Both the position numbers and the translations under genes were made by a program. This document shows, one piece after another, positions 28,590 through 39,134 of a stretch of DNA of 64,000 nucleotides (positions within the stretch are counted from its first letter, which is position 1; every line of letters starts with the position of its first letter). Under the pieces are notes generated by a model. The model saw nothing but the letters and a program-made list of their open reading frames with translations. It ran no database searches and was not told the DNA's origin. Source of the DNA: an uncultured bacterium (GTDB taxonomy: Bacteria > Desulfobacterota_D > UBA1144 > Nemesobacterales > UBA2774); the NCBI GenBank assembly GCA_963825135.1, contig CAWGRW010000009.1:864001-928000 (forward strand), written 5' to 3'.

Positions 28590-29501
28590 ATGAATAATTC
28601 GGAATTGGTGGAGCAGGAGCTTCTTTCAATCCCTTTCGGGAACAGCAAGATCGACGCCCTCTTTTATAAAAGCCTGAAAAGGTCCGGGGATTCGACGAAA
28701 GAACCCGTCATCATACATATTCACGGTTTCCTCGGAAATTTTCTCGATGGAAGCCAGCGATACCTGCCCCCCATACTTGCCGAGGCGGGATATTCGTCGT
28801 TATCCATGAATACCAGAATGGCCACATTCGGCCTCTTTTTCGGCTATGGAATCATCGATGACACAATCCCGCAGATAGACACGGCGATCGTGTATCTGAA
28901 AAATATGGGCTATTCAAAAATAATATTGTCGGGCTACAGTCTCGGAAGCAGCATCGTGCTCAGATACGCATCGCTTCGAAACGACCCGTCTCAATTCCCG
29001 ACCCTGAAAGGCATCATAGCCCTTTCCACTCCCTACTCGACCGCCGATACGATAAGAAACAGGTGGAACAGATGGGGCAGCAACCCCTCTTATGACGAGA
29101 TTTACAGGAGAGTGAAAGAAACGCTCAAGCCCGACCCTTACAACTCGACCGAAGACAGGACAGTAATTATTTACAAGGCAAGAGGAAATACGATGAACCC
29201 CGAACATACGGAGCTTTACACATACAAGACCTGGTGGTACCTGGCAGGACCGGAGGCGGAGTCCTCGAAGTGTTACAAACAGATCGCCCGAATAAAAATC
29301 CCCATACTGCTAATTCAGGGGAGGCAGGACGAGGAACTTGGTCCGACGGAAGCGAGCGACCTCGCGCAAATTGTGAAAAACTCGGGGAATGTAGACGTAA
29401 ACGCGTTTTACCTGAACGCGGGTCACGACTTCGTGGGAAAAGAGGGCGAATTGGGAGAAGCAATAAAAAGGTGGCTGGACAGAAGATTCGGATACAAATA
29501 G
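28590..29501 (+). CDS. Alpha/beta hydrolase
   Basis: IHG, GYSLG, QGRQDE, AGHDF. Confidence 0.88.
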   Translation: MNNSELVEQELLSIPFGNSKIDALFYKSLKRSGDSTKEPVIIHIHGFLGNFLDGSQRYLPPILAEAGYSSLSMNTRMATFGLFFGYGIIDDTIPQIDTAIVYLKNMGYSKIILSGYSLGSSIVLRYASLRNDPSQFPTLKGIIALSTPYSTADTIRNRWNRWGSNPSYDEIYRRVKETLKPDPYNSTEDRTVIIYKARGNTMNPEHTELYTYKTWWYLAGPEAESSKCYKQIARIKIPILLIQGRQDEELGPTEASDLAQIVKNSGNVDVNAFYLNAGHDFVGKEGELGEAIKRWLDRRFGYK

Positions 29502-29514
29502 CTCGCCCGCCAAA

Positions 29515-30417
29515 ATGATACAGAGACAGCGAAAGCTAATAAACATCAATGCAAAAGACGGTTTCCTCATCCACTCGCTCCTGGTCACGTGTGATTACGA
29601 GAAGCCGGGAGACCTTTATGAGACCCCGATAGTGATAATGGTGCACGGCGTCCTGGGCCATTTCCTGGCGCGCGGCACCCCGCGGCAGCTGCCCCTGCTT
29701 CTGGCCGAGCGCGGCATTAATTCTTTCTCGATAAACACAAGAATGGCCCATCTGGGGCAGATACTCGGCAGGGCGATATTCGATACGACCGAGTACGACA
29801 TAGAAGCCGCAGTGGAGTTTCTTAAGAAAGAGGGATTCACAAAGATATTCATACTCGGGTTCAGCCTCGGGGCGAACCTGACGGCATACTACGCTTCAAA
29901 TAATCCCGGAGGCGGGGTCAGGGGGTTGGTGCTGGAGGGCTGCGCCTATTCACTCCCGGATTCACAGAAAAAGCGGTGGGAAAAGTGGAAGAGCGTCCCT
30001 TCGTATGACGAGGTATACGAAAAGGCGAGGGACGTCCTCGGGCCCGAGCCGCTAGTGAGCAACAGGGACGAGATATTCCTCGTAAATAGAGCCTGGGGCA
30101 ATACGTATAGCCCGTTTCACAACGAAATCTTTACGTATAAGACCTGGTGGTTCATGAGGAGTCCCGAAGCGCATAACGCCAAGACCTGCACGGTTATTCC
30201 GCGAGTAAAAACCCCGATTCTTTTTCTTCAGGGAATGAATGACGACATACTGGAAGAATGGGAGAGCCGGGAACTGGCGCGCCTCGCGATGGAATGGGGC
30301 AATCGCAGCGTCGAGGTCAAATACATCGAGGACGCAAAGCACGACTGCATGGAAAACCCGGAGTCCGCTTCTGACTCCATTGCGTCGTGGATCAAAAGTG
30401 CCACTGACATGAATTAA
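29515..30417 (+). CDS. Alpha/beta hydrolase, paralogue of the preceding gene
   Basis: VHG, GFSLG, QGMNDD, AKHD; shares NTRMA, PSYDE and TYKTWW with 28590-29501. Confidence 0.88.
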   Translation: MIQRQRKLININAKDGFLIHSLLVTCDYEKPGDLYETPIVIMVHGVLGHFLARGTPRQLPLLLAERGINSFSINTRMAHLGQILGRAIFDTTEYDIEAAVEFLKKEGFTKIFILGFSLGANLTAYYASNNPGGGVRGLVLEGCAYSLPDSQKKRWEKWKSVPSYDEVYEKARDVLGPEPLVSNRDEIFLVNRAWGNTYSPFHNEIFTYKTWWFMRSPEAHNAKTCTVIPRVKTPILFLQGMNDDILEEWESRELARLAMEWGNRSVEVKYIEDAKHDCMENPESASDSIASWIKSATDMN

Positions 30418-30661
30418 CCCGGGGCACCATGCCCCATCACTTTAACGGAGGCCCCCCGGTGTAAACTCATTTTTTTACATAATAGCCGAGGTCGGCCCTG
30501 CTTCATGACCCGCAGGCAGACTATTACCAAAAACGCATGCCCGATTTTAGTTCCATGATTTGGCTTAATTTATGACGAAAATTGTTATAATTTTGAAATA
30601 AATTCAACGTATATGCAGAAAATAGCAAGTAATGGCCGCCGATTGCGCAGTAGGCTCGTTC

Positions 30662-30677
30662 TGGCATGGATTTTGCT
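30662..30677 (+). promoter_or_regulatory. Sigma54 (-24/-12) promoter
   Basis: TGGCATGGATTTTGCT, GG-N10-GC; AT-rich upstream tract. Confidence 0.75.
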
Positions 30678-30785
30678 CCTACTAAAATTATACAGATATA
30701 AATAAAAGCCTAGACGCCCAGGGGCGGTGACAGCGATAGATACAATGCTGCGCCGGCGGGCGGAGACTCCCGGGTTTGAGATAAA

Positions 30786-31214
30786 ATGATGAACAAGAGA
30801 CAGTTGATAAATATAGCGGACCCCGAATACGGGAGCGCAAATAGTGTAGCGCTAAAGTGGAGTGAAATTCTGGAAAGCGCTTTTGAATACTATAAGGCCG
30901 ACTATATACCCGCGTGGGCGCTCAATCAAACGCATCTGAACAATTCGGGAGATAAACTCTTCATATCGAAAAAGAGCAGGGAGTGGGTTAGCTGGGAGAA
31001 GATAGACTCATCCGAAAGACCCGACATAGCAACGCTGTTCGATCTCCTGCCGGACCTGCCCGATGACGATCAATACCGGGGGCTCATAAAAGAACTCGCC
31101 AGCGAAGGAATAAGAGACCCGGAAGACCACTTCTGGGAGAATATCTTTTCATACAAATCGGCCAAGGACCTGTTTATCAGAGGCAGGAGATACAGGATAG
31201 AATGGGAAGCGTAG
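30786..31214 (+). CDS. Hypothetical protein
   Basis: 142-aa Trp/acidic-rich ORF downstream of the sigma54 site; host-like codons. Confidence 0.75.
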   Translation: MMNKRQLINIADPEYGSANSVALKWSEILESAFEYYKADYIPAWALNQTHLNNSGDKLFISKKSREWVSWEKIDSSERPDIATLFDLLPDLPDDDQYRGLIKELASEGIRDPEDHFWENIFSYKSAKDLFIRGRRYRIEWEA

Positions 31215-31289
31215 ATGAGCCTTTTCCCGGCCGCTGATGTTTAATACTACTGAGCCGGTCCCGAAGCATGACAGATAAAAAAGCAATCT

Positions 31290-32060
31290 TTATTCCGTAA
31301 CCACTCTCACCATAACCCGTTTCATATTCAGAACCTCTTTCGCGCTTCCCTGATTCACCGCTATCTCAAGAAGTCCCGTGCTTCCGAGTATCGCGATTAG
31401 CCCGCCCTTCCCCGCTTCCCCGTACGATCCCGAGATCCGGTCTATCCTGTGCCGACCGACATATACCTTAGACTCGGGGCCGAGCATCGCACCCGGAATG
31501 TTCGTAACGAGGTTCCCGAAGGAATCCCCGTACAGGACCTCGCCCGTGATTTCATTATCGCTTACCGAGGGCTCGGGAATATCCACCGACACGGGCGACA
31601 GCACATCGATACCCAGCTCGGATATGCCGAGGCCGGATGAAAGGTGCGCCGCCGCGGGCGCGAATATATCTCTGCCGTGAAATGTCCCGCTCACACGCCC
31701 GGGCATGTATGCGGTATTCGTGATCTCGACAATGCGCCGATTATCAACCGAATCGAACACCGGGGAGAATACTCCGTTATCGGGACCGACAAAAAAATAC
31801 CCGCCCGCTTGTGCGGCTATCGGCCGTCTCGGCCCGCCGACGCCCGGGTCGACGACGACTACGTGGACAGTCCCCGGCGGAAAGTATGAATAATAGCTTT
31901 TGAGCTTGAAGGCGGCTTCTAATATATTGTACTTTTCGACTTCGTGAGTAATGTCCACGATTCGCGCGTCCGGGTTAATCCCGAGGATGACCCCCTTCAT
32001 GGCGCCCGCGTAATGGTCTTTTGATCCGAAGTCGGTTAACAGCGTTATCAAGTTTCTCAA
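31290..32060 (-). CDS. SAM hydroxide adenosyltransferase (DUF62, chlorinase/fluorinase superfamily)
   Basis: ITLLTDFG, VVDPGVG, VGPDNG, TFHGRDIFAP, DSFGNLVTN, LEIAVNQGSA. Confidence 0.93.
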   Translation of the reverse strand: MRNLITLLTDFGSKDHYAGAMKGVILGINPDARIVDITHEVEKYNILEAAFKLKSYYSYFPPGTVHVVVVDPGVGGPRRPIAAQAGGYFFVGPDNGVFSPVFDSVDNRRIVEITNTAYMPGRVSGTFHGRDIFAPAAAHLSSGLGISELGIDVLSPVSVDIPEPSVSDNEITGEVLYGDSFGNLVTNIPGAMLGPESKVYVGRHRIDRISGSYGEAGKGGLIAILGSTGLLEIAVNQGSAKEVLNMKRVMVRVVTE

Positions 32061-32227
32061 GGCCCTTCGCCCTTTTGGAATATAGTGCTATATTGGTCGA
32101 TAATTACAATAACGCAATAAAGCGGAATTGAAAATGAAGCTCGCAAGACCGGGATCGGAAACCTCTCCATATACCCGGTTGACAATAAAACACGATGCTG
32201 CTTTAATGGGTAAAGGAGGCAACGACA

Positions 32228-33109
32228 ATGGAACTAATGGAAGCGATTGGTACGAGAAGGAGTATCAGATTCTTCAAGCCGTGGAAGGGGGTCGAGGACT
32301 GGAAGATACAGCGCATGCTGCAGGCAGCCAGATACGCGTCCTGCCAGGGGAACTGCGGCTCGACCGAGGCGATAGTGATAGACAAGAAGACATACCCCGC
32401 CGAGAAGTTCGAGCAGCTTATCGAATGCGCCTCGACCTTTAACGAGATACAGTTGAGGACTGCCCCTATAGTGATCGCATGGCTTGTCAATATGGACGCC
32501 TGGTATAAAGAGCTCGTGGAATCCTTCGCCGTGCTCTTCCCCGCAAGAGCCATCACCGCGGCCCACGGGTGGACCTATAAAATACTTACCGAGACGACCT
32601 ATCCGCGCTTGATGAGCTTCCCGCGGGACAGGGCCGAGGACCTGCTCAGGATAGAGGCCGGGCAGGCGATCGCGAATGCCCTTTTAGCGGCGACCGAGCT
32701 TGACCTGGGATGCTGCCTCCTCGCAACGGGAAGAAAGCCTGCCGAGTTCCCGAAGGTTCTCGGGGTCCCCGAGAATATCGTCCCCCTCTGGCTCATGGCC
32801 GTGGGATATGCGGCAGAAACACCCGGCCAGAGGCCTAGGAAGAGATTCGATAAACTCTATCACTACAACACCTACGGCACCCCGCTTAAGGAAGACCCGG
32901 CCGTGAAAGAAACACTGAGAGAGAGCAAGATGATCCAGCCGATGGACCCGCTGCCGGGAAGAGAAGAAGAGCTAAGGCACGTTTGCAGAATGTTCGGGCT
33001 CAGGGAAGACATGCCCGACATGCCAAAAGATAAAATAAGGGCTCTTTACGAAAAGGACTCGATATATTACGGCGAAGTCCCGCCGGGGCTCGAAGAAAAA
33101 GGGGTTTAA
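32228..33109 (+). CDS. Nitroreductase-family flavoprotein with C-terminal extension
   Basis: AIGTRRSIRFF, AGQAIANALLAATELDLGCC, MAVGY, RPRK; GGAGG RBS. Confidence 0.82.
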   Translation: MELMEAIGTRRSIRFFKPWKGVEDWKIQRMLQAARYASCQGNCGSTEAIVIDKKTYPAEKFEQLIECASTFNEIQLRTAPIVIAWLVNMDAWYKELVESFAVLFPARAITAAHGWTYKILTETTYPRLMSFPRDRAEDLLRIEAGQAIANALLAATELDLGCCLLATGRKPAEFPKVLGVPENIVPLWLMAVGYAAETPGQRPRKRFDKLYHYNTYGTPLKEDPAVKETLRESKMIQPMDPLPGREEELRHVCRMFGLREDMPDMPKDKIRALYEKDSIYYGEVPPGLEEKGV

Positions 33110-33145
33110 ACGCGGGCGCTAAGGTACTGGAAGAGGTTTCCTCAT

Positions 33146-34264
33146 TCAGGCTATCGGGCGGTAAAGGAGTCCCATGGCCGACTCCTTTACCTCTTTAACG
33201 CTTATCCCCGCCAGGCACCTCACGCCGTAGGGGCACTTAGGCGTGTATCCGAATTGAGTACAGGGACTGCAGGGCTCGTTCCTGTTAATTGCGATATGAT
33301 TATCCCCCCGGGGGGCCCACTTCTCTTGTATACCCGCTCCGAATAACGACAAGGTCGGGGTTCCGACTCCGAAGGCTATGTGCATAAGCCCCGTATCGCC
33401 TGAAATAAAAAGATCGACCTCCGAAATAACGGCTGCCGTTTCACCGAGCGTGGTTCCCCCGATGTAGTCCAAAAGGTATCCATCTGTACACCGTTTTTTG
33501 AAAATTTCAGAATCGCTCTTTTCCGATTCGCCGCCTACGAGAACGGAGCCGATATTCTCCCTTGAAAGCTTTTCCGCGACCTCGGCGAAATTATTTCCGC
33601 CCCACCTCCTTTCGGGGACAGTAGCGCCTGTAAATATTCCGACAACCGCCCTTTTCCCCTTCCTGAATTCTGATATCGCCGAACTCAGGGTGTCATGCTG
33701 ACCGGAGATTGGAAGAAAGGGTTTTTTCTCGTCGAACTCGTACTTCTCGCCGGTCAGGGAGGAGACCAGATTAAGGAAGCTCACTGCCTCGTAGTCATCG
33801 TGGCTGTAGGGAACTATGCGGCTGTAAAGCCCGGCCCTTTCGTTCGTACCAAATCCGATGCGCTCGGGGGCGCGCGTTAAATAGGTAAGGACGGCCGTCA
33901 TACGGTGCCACTGCTCAGTGTCGATGACGACGTCGTACCCGGCGTTTATCACCCTGTAGAGGGTCTCGCGGGGGAGCCTGTCATAAAGCAAGAGGCCGTC
34001 TATATACGGACATCCTGTGAATACCCCCGAATTCCTTTTCTCGGCCAGCACATCGATCGTATACCCCGGGAAATGGTTTCTCAGCTCTGAAAGCGCGGGA
34101 TAAAGAAGCACCGCATCCCCGATACCGCCCGGCCTTATCACGAGTATTTTACCGGCACCCCCGTCCTTTTTTTTCCGCGGGCTCACCAGCAATTTAGAAA
34201 CAGAGCATGCGATTCCCCCAAGGATACCGTCTAACCTTTTAAGCCCTTTTATCTTCAGGTTCAT
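33146..34264 (-). CDS. Family 9 glycosyltransferase (LPS heptosyltransferase-like)
   Basis: ILVIRPGGIGDAVL, FISGDTGLMHIA, LFG, CSPC. Confidence 0.9.
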   Translation of the reverse strand: MNLKIKGLKRLDGILGGIACSVSKLLVSPRKKKDGGAGKILVIRPGGIGDAVLLYPALSELRNHFPGYTIDVLAEKRNSGVFTGCPYIDGLLLYDRLPRETLYRVINAGYDVVIDTEQWHRMTAVLTYLTRAPERIGFGTNERAGLYSRIVPYSHDDYEAVSFLNLVSSLTGEKYEFDEKKPFLPISGQHDTLSSAISEFRKGKRAVVGIFTGATVPERRWGGNNFAEVAEKLSRENIGSVLVGGESEKSDSEIFKKRCTDGYLLDYIGGTTLGETAAVISEVDLFISGDTGLMHIAFGVGTPTLSLFGAGIQEKWAPRGDNHIAINRNEPCSPCTQFGYTPKCPYGVRCLAGISVKEVKESAMGLLYRPIA

Positions 34265-34456
34265 AACATATATCCGAATATAAGCGGCAGCCGGGATTAC
34301 AAGCAAGTCCACCGCCGATCTCTAGTATAAATCTATAGTTGGGAATAAGGTAGGCGTTAATATCGGCCGGGCGGGTTAACGCCGGGATCAAGGGTACTGA
34401 ATCAATCAGCCGATATAACCGGTTCACCGTATCTAAAGCTCACGGCCGTTATTATC

Positions 34457-35542
34457 TCAGGCTATGGTAATTTCTTTCGAGAGATAAACGTTCTGTACGG
34501 CGTTCAGAATCTGGACACCCTCTTTCATAGGCTTCTGGAACGACTTACGTCCGGTGATAAGGCCCATGCCGCCCGCTCTCTTGTTGATGACGGCCGTCCT
34601 GACGGCCTGCGCGAGGTCGTCCTGTTCCCTGCCCGTGGAAGCGCCGCCGGAATTGATCAATCCCGCGCGGCCCATGTAGCAGTTCACGACCTGATATCTG
34701 GTCAGGTCGATCGGATGGTCGGAGGTGAGCTTCGAGTAAACCTTCGGGTCTGTCTTTCCGTATTTGAGCGCCAGAAAACCTCCGTTATTCTCGGCCTGTT
34801 TCTGCTTAACTATGTCGGCCTCTATGGTCGAGGCCAGGTGGTTTGCCTGTCCTGTGAGGTCGGCCGATAAATCATAGTCCGTTTTTTCAGTTTTAAACGC
34901 GGGGTTCCTGAGGTAGGCCCAGAGCACAGTCGCCAGCCCCAGCGTGTGGGCGTAACTGAATGCCTCCGTGACCTCCTGCAGCTGACGGTCGCTCTCCTCG
35001 GAGCCGAAGTATATGGTAGCCCCGACGGCTACCGCCCCCATCTGAAACGCCTGATCGACGTTCGCGAACATTATCTGATCGAATTTATTGGGGTATGTGA
35101 GCAGTTCGTTGTGGTTGAGCTTGACAAGGAACGGGATCCTGTGCGCGTACTTCCTGGAAACCGCCCCTAATACGCCGAGCGTGGAGGCTACGGCATTGCA
35201 ACCGCCTTCGATTGCGAGCTTCACAATATTCTCGGGATCGAAGTAAATGGGATTCGGAGCGAAGGAAGCCCCGGCCGAGTGCTCTATTCCCTGGTCCACG
35301 GGCAGTATGGATAAATAGCCGGTCCCGGCGAGCCTGCCTGTGTTGTACATCGTCTGCAGGTTCCGCAGCACCGAATTTCCGCGGTCCGATTGAGCATAGA
35401 CCCTGTCGACGAAATCCGGGCCGGGCAGATGAAGCATGTTCCTGGAGACCGTTTTGCACTTATGATCAAGAAGATAACTCGCCTCCTTCCCCAACAGCCT
35501 GACTAAAGAGTCTATCCCTTCTTTTACGTTCGCCTTCGCCAT
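34457..35542 (-). CDS. fbaB: Class I fructose-bisphosphate aldolase
   Basis: [42 protein letters not shown]. Confidence 0.95.
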   Translation of the reverse strand: MAKANVKEGIDSLVRLLGKEASYLLDHKCKTVSRNMLHLPGPDFVDRVYAQSDRGNSVLRNLQTMYNTGRLAGTGYLSILPVDQGIEHSAGASFAPNPIYFDPENIVKLAIEGGCNAVASTLGVLGAVSRKYAHRIPFLVKLNHNELLTYPNKFDQIMFANVDQAFQMGAVAVGATIYFGSEESDRQLQEVTEAFSYAHTLGLATVLWAYLRNPAFKTEKTDYDLSADLTGQANHLASTIEADIVKQKQAENNGGFLALKYGKTDPKVYSKLTSDHPIDLTRYQVVNCYMGRAGLINSGGASTGREQDDLAQAVRTAVINKRAGGMGLITGRKSFQKPMKEGVQILNAVQNVYLSKEITIA

Positions 35543-35661
35543 TTTTATGCTCCGTTTATTGATCCCAGGTATGTGATTCTAAAGATAACACGAAATTATT
35601 TGGATGGATAGATTTCGAGCGCCGTAACCGAGTATAAGATTTCCGGCGGGCGGAAGCGGGA

Positions 35662-36882
35662 TTAACTCGCGGCCAGAGAGATCTTTTCTTCTCTGTCGTT
35701 CAATATCGAAATTCCCGGAAGCTCGTCGCCTCCCAGGAATTCCAGAAGCGCGCCGCCCCCCGTGGAGATGTGAGTAATCTCCAGATCGAGGACCTCAGCC
35801 TCTCTTATCGCGGCTATGGTTTCCCCGCCGCCCACTACGGTCGTCGCCCCCCTCCAGGTAGCGAGAGCCACAGACCTTGCGATCTGTGTGGTGCCGGCGG
35901 AAAAATCGCCGATCTCGAAAACCCCCATAGGCCCGCTCCAGAAAATCGAACCCGTGCCCTTTATCAAATGGTTAAACTTTGCGGCGGTCTTGGGTCCGAT
36001 ATCGAATCCCTGCAGGTCGTCGGGTATATCCCCGTCGACGACCATACAATTCTTTCTCCTTTCCAGGCTCCCCGCGACGACGTGATCGACCGGGAGAAAA
36101 ATCTTGTCGCCGTATTTATCGAGGGCTTCCTTCGCCCAGCCCACAAACTCGTCCTCCACGATCGAGCTGCCGATATTTACCCCTTTAGCTTTAAGGAACG
36201 TATATGCGGCCCCTCCCCCCAGAAGCACCTTGTCCGCTTTCTCTATGAGACTCTTTAGGGCGTGAATCTTATCCTTTATCTTGCTCCCCCCGACGATCAC
36301 CAGGAACGGACGGTCCGGGTTCTCACGGAGCCTAGTAAGGAATTTCAACTCCCTGCTTACGAGAAACCCTGCGACCCTTAAATCGAACATGGACGCCATG
36401 CCGTAGGTGGAGGCGTGCTTTCTGTGAGACGTGCCGAACGCGTCGTTAACGTATATATCGGCGTAGGAAGCGAGCTCTTTTGAGAACTCGGGGTCGTTGT
36501 CGGTCTCTTCCTTGTGGAACCTCAGGTTCTCAAGCAGCATGACCTCTCCCGGCTCGAGCGCGCCTAACGCCGCCTTGACCTCGGGTCCTATGACCTTGCC
36601 GTTGAACTTGACCGACTTACCGAGGAGCTCCGACAGCCTCATGGCTATGGGTTTTAACGACAGCTCCGAAACCGCTATTCCCGTGGGCCTCCCCAGGTGC
36701 GAGCCTATTATCACCTTCGCCTTTCTCTCGACGAGATAGTCTATAGTCGGTATGGCCCTTCTGATTCTATAATCCTCGCTTATCTTTCCGTCTCTTATAG
36801 GAACGTTAAAATCCACTCTTACAAATACTCGCTTGCCGTGGAATACTGAATCTGGGAGGTCGGATATCACGAGCTTACTCAT
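35662..36882 (-). CDS. pgk: Phosphoglycerate kinase
   Basis: RVDFNVP, SHLGRP, LLENLRF, NDAFGT, HISTGGGA; TGATG overlap with gap. Confidence 0.97.
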   Translation of the reverse strand: MSKLVISDLPDSVFHGKRVFVRVDFNVPIRDGKISEDYRIRRAIPTIDYLVERKAKVIIGSHLGRPTGIAVSELSLKPIAMRLSELLGKSVKFNGKVIGPEVKAALGALEPGEVMLLENLRFHKEETDNDPEFSKELASYADIYVNDAFGTSHRKHASTYGMASMFDLRVAGFLVSRELKFLTRLRENPDRPFLVIVGGSKIKDKIHALKSLIEKADKVLLGGGAAYTFLKAKGVNIGSSIVEDEFVGWAKEALDKYGDKIFLPVDHVVAGSLERRKNCMVVDGDIPDDLQGFDIGPKTAAKFNHLIKGTGSIFWSGPMGVFEIGDFSAGTTQIARSVALATWRGATTVVGGGETIAAIREAEVLDLEITHISTGGGALLEFLGGDELPGISILNDREEKISLAAS

Positions 36883-37889
36883 CACATTTTTTCTCCTATG
36901 AATTCGAGTAAATCGACTACCCTCGATGAGTATCCGTATTCGTTATCGTACCACCCTATTACCTTCACGAGATTCCCGTCGACCACGGATGTCAGCGCCG
37001 AATCGAACACCGCCGAATGCGGGTCGCCTATGAAATCCGAGGATACCAGCTCCTCGTCCGTATACCTCAAATACCCCTTCAGCTCCCCGGAGGCCGCCTG
37101 TTTGAACTTCTCGTTAACCTCTTCGGGGGTCGTATGTTTTTTGACTTCGCACGTGAAATCGACGACCGATACGTCCGCTGTGGGGACCCTCATTGCGACT
37201 GCGCTCAGCTTGCCCTTGAGCTCCGGGAATATGATCTGTATAGCCTTTCCCGCGCCCGTGTCGGTCGGAATTATGGAAAGCGCCGCCGCCCTTGCCCTCC
37301 TCAAGTCCTTGTGCGGGGCATCGAGTATCCTCTGGTCGTTCGTATACGAGTGTATGGTCGTCATCTCGCCCCTCGTGATGCCAAAGCCCTCGTGGAGCAC
37401 CTTCACGATCATCGCGAAGCAGTTCGTCGTGCATGATGCGTTGGAAATAATGTGGTGTTTTGCATTGTCGTAACTCTTTTGATTGGCCCCGAGCACGGTA
37501 GTGAAATCCACTTCCCCCTTGGCAGGTGCCGTAATGACGACCTTCTTCACCGTTTTGCCAAGGTGTACGGAGGCGGCTTCCTTCGTTCTAAATATGCCGC
37601 TCGCATCGGCCACGATGTCGGCCTTTACGTCTTCCCACGGGATATTCTTCGGGTCTTTTTCGGAAAACACCCTGATCGCTTTCCCGTTTACAAGAATATG
37701 GCCGTTCTCGGATTTGACCTCCCCCTTATACGGGCCGAATATGGAATCGTATTTAAAAAGATGCGCGAGGGTCTTCGAATCGGATATATCGTTGATCCCG
37801 ACAAATTCCAGGCCTTTGCGATCGAGCCCTATGCGCAGAATGTGCCTTCCTATCCTTCCGAACCCGTTAATACCGACCTTGATAGACAT
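36882..37889 (-). CDS. gap: Glyceraldehyde-3-phosphate dehydrogenase, type I
   Basis: GINGFGRIGR, SNASCTTNC, WYDNEYGYS. Confidence 0.98.
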   Translation of the reverse strand: MSIKVGINGFGRIGRHILRIGLDRKGLEFVGINDISDSKTLAHLFKYDSIFGPYKGEVKSENGHILVNGKAIRVFSEKDPKNIPWEDVKADIVADASGIFRTKEAASVHLGKTVKKVVITAPAKGEVDFTTVLGANQKSYDNAKHHIISNASCTTNCFAMIVKVLHEGFGITRGEMTTIHSYTNDQRILDAPHKDLRRARAAALSIIPTDTGAGKAIQIIFPELKGKLSAVAMRVPTADVSVVDFTCEVKKHTTPEEVNEKFKQAASGELKGYLRYTDEELVSSDFIGDPHSAVFDSALTSVVDGNLVKVIGWYDNEYGYSSRVVDLLEFIGEKM

Positions 37890-38077
37890 CTAAAAACCCT
37901 CCGGGACACCCGTTTTTTTTCGTATCACTCAAGAATAAAACCTAAAGAAAGTACCCTTTGAAACAATGCGAGTCAAGGTATGAGAGAGACTTAAAAACCC
38001 CATATAACTATACCATCGATAAAGGAAAATCTCTAAGAACTTGTATTTGATTCTTTTCCCGTATATTTTCAATCCCT

Positions 38078-39118
38078 ATGGAAAAAAAGAAAGCGGCGAT
38101 ATTGGGCGCGAGCGGGTACACGGGGGGGGAGCTGCTCAGGCTTCTGCTCATGCACCCGCATGTAGAGGTCGCCTACCTCACTGCGGACAAGCACGCGGGG
38201 AGGGAAATGTCTGATGTTTTTCCGCATCTTGGGGGCTTCCTGGACCTAAGGCTCGACCCCCTCGACCCGGGGGCCCTGCCGAAGGACACCGATATCGTAT
38301 TCCTGGCGCTTCCGCACGGGGAATCAGCCAGGGTCGTAAAAGAACTGCACAAGAAAAATCTGAAAATAATAGACCTGGGGGCGGATTTCAGGCTCAGCCA
38401 CGGGGTCTATAAGGACTGGTACGGGGAGCATCCGTGCCCGGAGCTGATAGAGAAAGCTGTGTACGGGCTCCCCGAGATTAACAGGCCGGCGATCAAAGGG
38501 GCTAAATTAATAGCGAATCCGGGCTGCTACCCGACGTCCGCAATACTGGGACTCGCCCCACTCCTCAAAGAAGGGCTAATCGAGGCGGATTCGATAATCG
38601 TCGATTCGAAATCAGGGGTGTCGGGAGCGGGCAGGTCTCCGTCGCTCGATTACCATTTCTGCGAGGTGAACGAGGGCGTAAAGGCGTACAAGGTCGGCGA
38701 GCACCGCCACATGCCCGAGATCGAGGAGGTGCTCTCGGTCTACTCCGGTATCGAGACGAGGGTCTCGTTTACCCCTCACCTGATCCCCATGGACAGGGGG
38801 ATACTCTCGACGATCTATGTAAGACTAAAGAAAAAATTGACTACGGGAGAGATGATAAGCGTATTCAAAGAACATTACGGAGCAGAGAGATTCATTAGGA
38901 TTTCCCCGGAGAAGGTCTATCCGTCTACGTCACAAGTCAGGGGTTCGAATTTCTGCGATATAGGCACGAGGGCCGATCCCGAGAATAAAACCGCTATTAT
39001 AATCTCGGTCATCGACAACCTTGTTAAAGGCGCTTCCGGCGCCGCTGTTCAGAACATGAACCTCATGATGGGATTCGAAGAGTCAGCCGGTCTGGAAGTG
39101 CCGCCCATATTCCCCTGA
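38078..39118 (+). CDS. argC: N-acetyl-gamma-glutamyl-phosphate reductase
   Basis: GASGYTGGE, IANPGCYPT, SGVSGAG, DNLVKGASG. Confidence 0.97.
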   Translation: MEKKKAAILGASGYTGGELLRLLLMHPHVEVAYLTADKHAGREMSDVFPHLGGFLDLRLDPLDPGALPKDTDIVFLALPHGESARVVKELHKKNLKIIDLGADFRLSHGVYKDWYGEHPCPELIEKAVYGLPEINRPAIKGAKLIANPGCYPTSAILGLAPLLKEGLIEADSIIVDSKSGVSGAGRSPSLDYHFCEVNEGVKAYKVGEHRHMPEIEEVLSVYSGIETRVSFTPHLIPMDRGILSTIYVRLKKKLTTGEMISVFKEHYGAERFIRISPEKVYPSTSQVRGSNFCDIGTRADPENKTAIIISVIDNLVKGASGAAVQNMNLMMGFEESAGLEVPPIFP

Positions 39119-39134
39119 GAAGCCTCGACCAATC

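Noticed and set aside
31290..32060. Halogenase (fluorinase/chlorinase)
   Set aside because: Ordinary DUF62 features (TFHGRD) in a housekeeping context; the hydroxide adenosyltransferase is far more common
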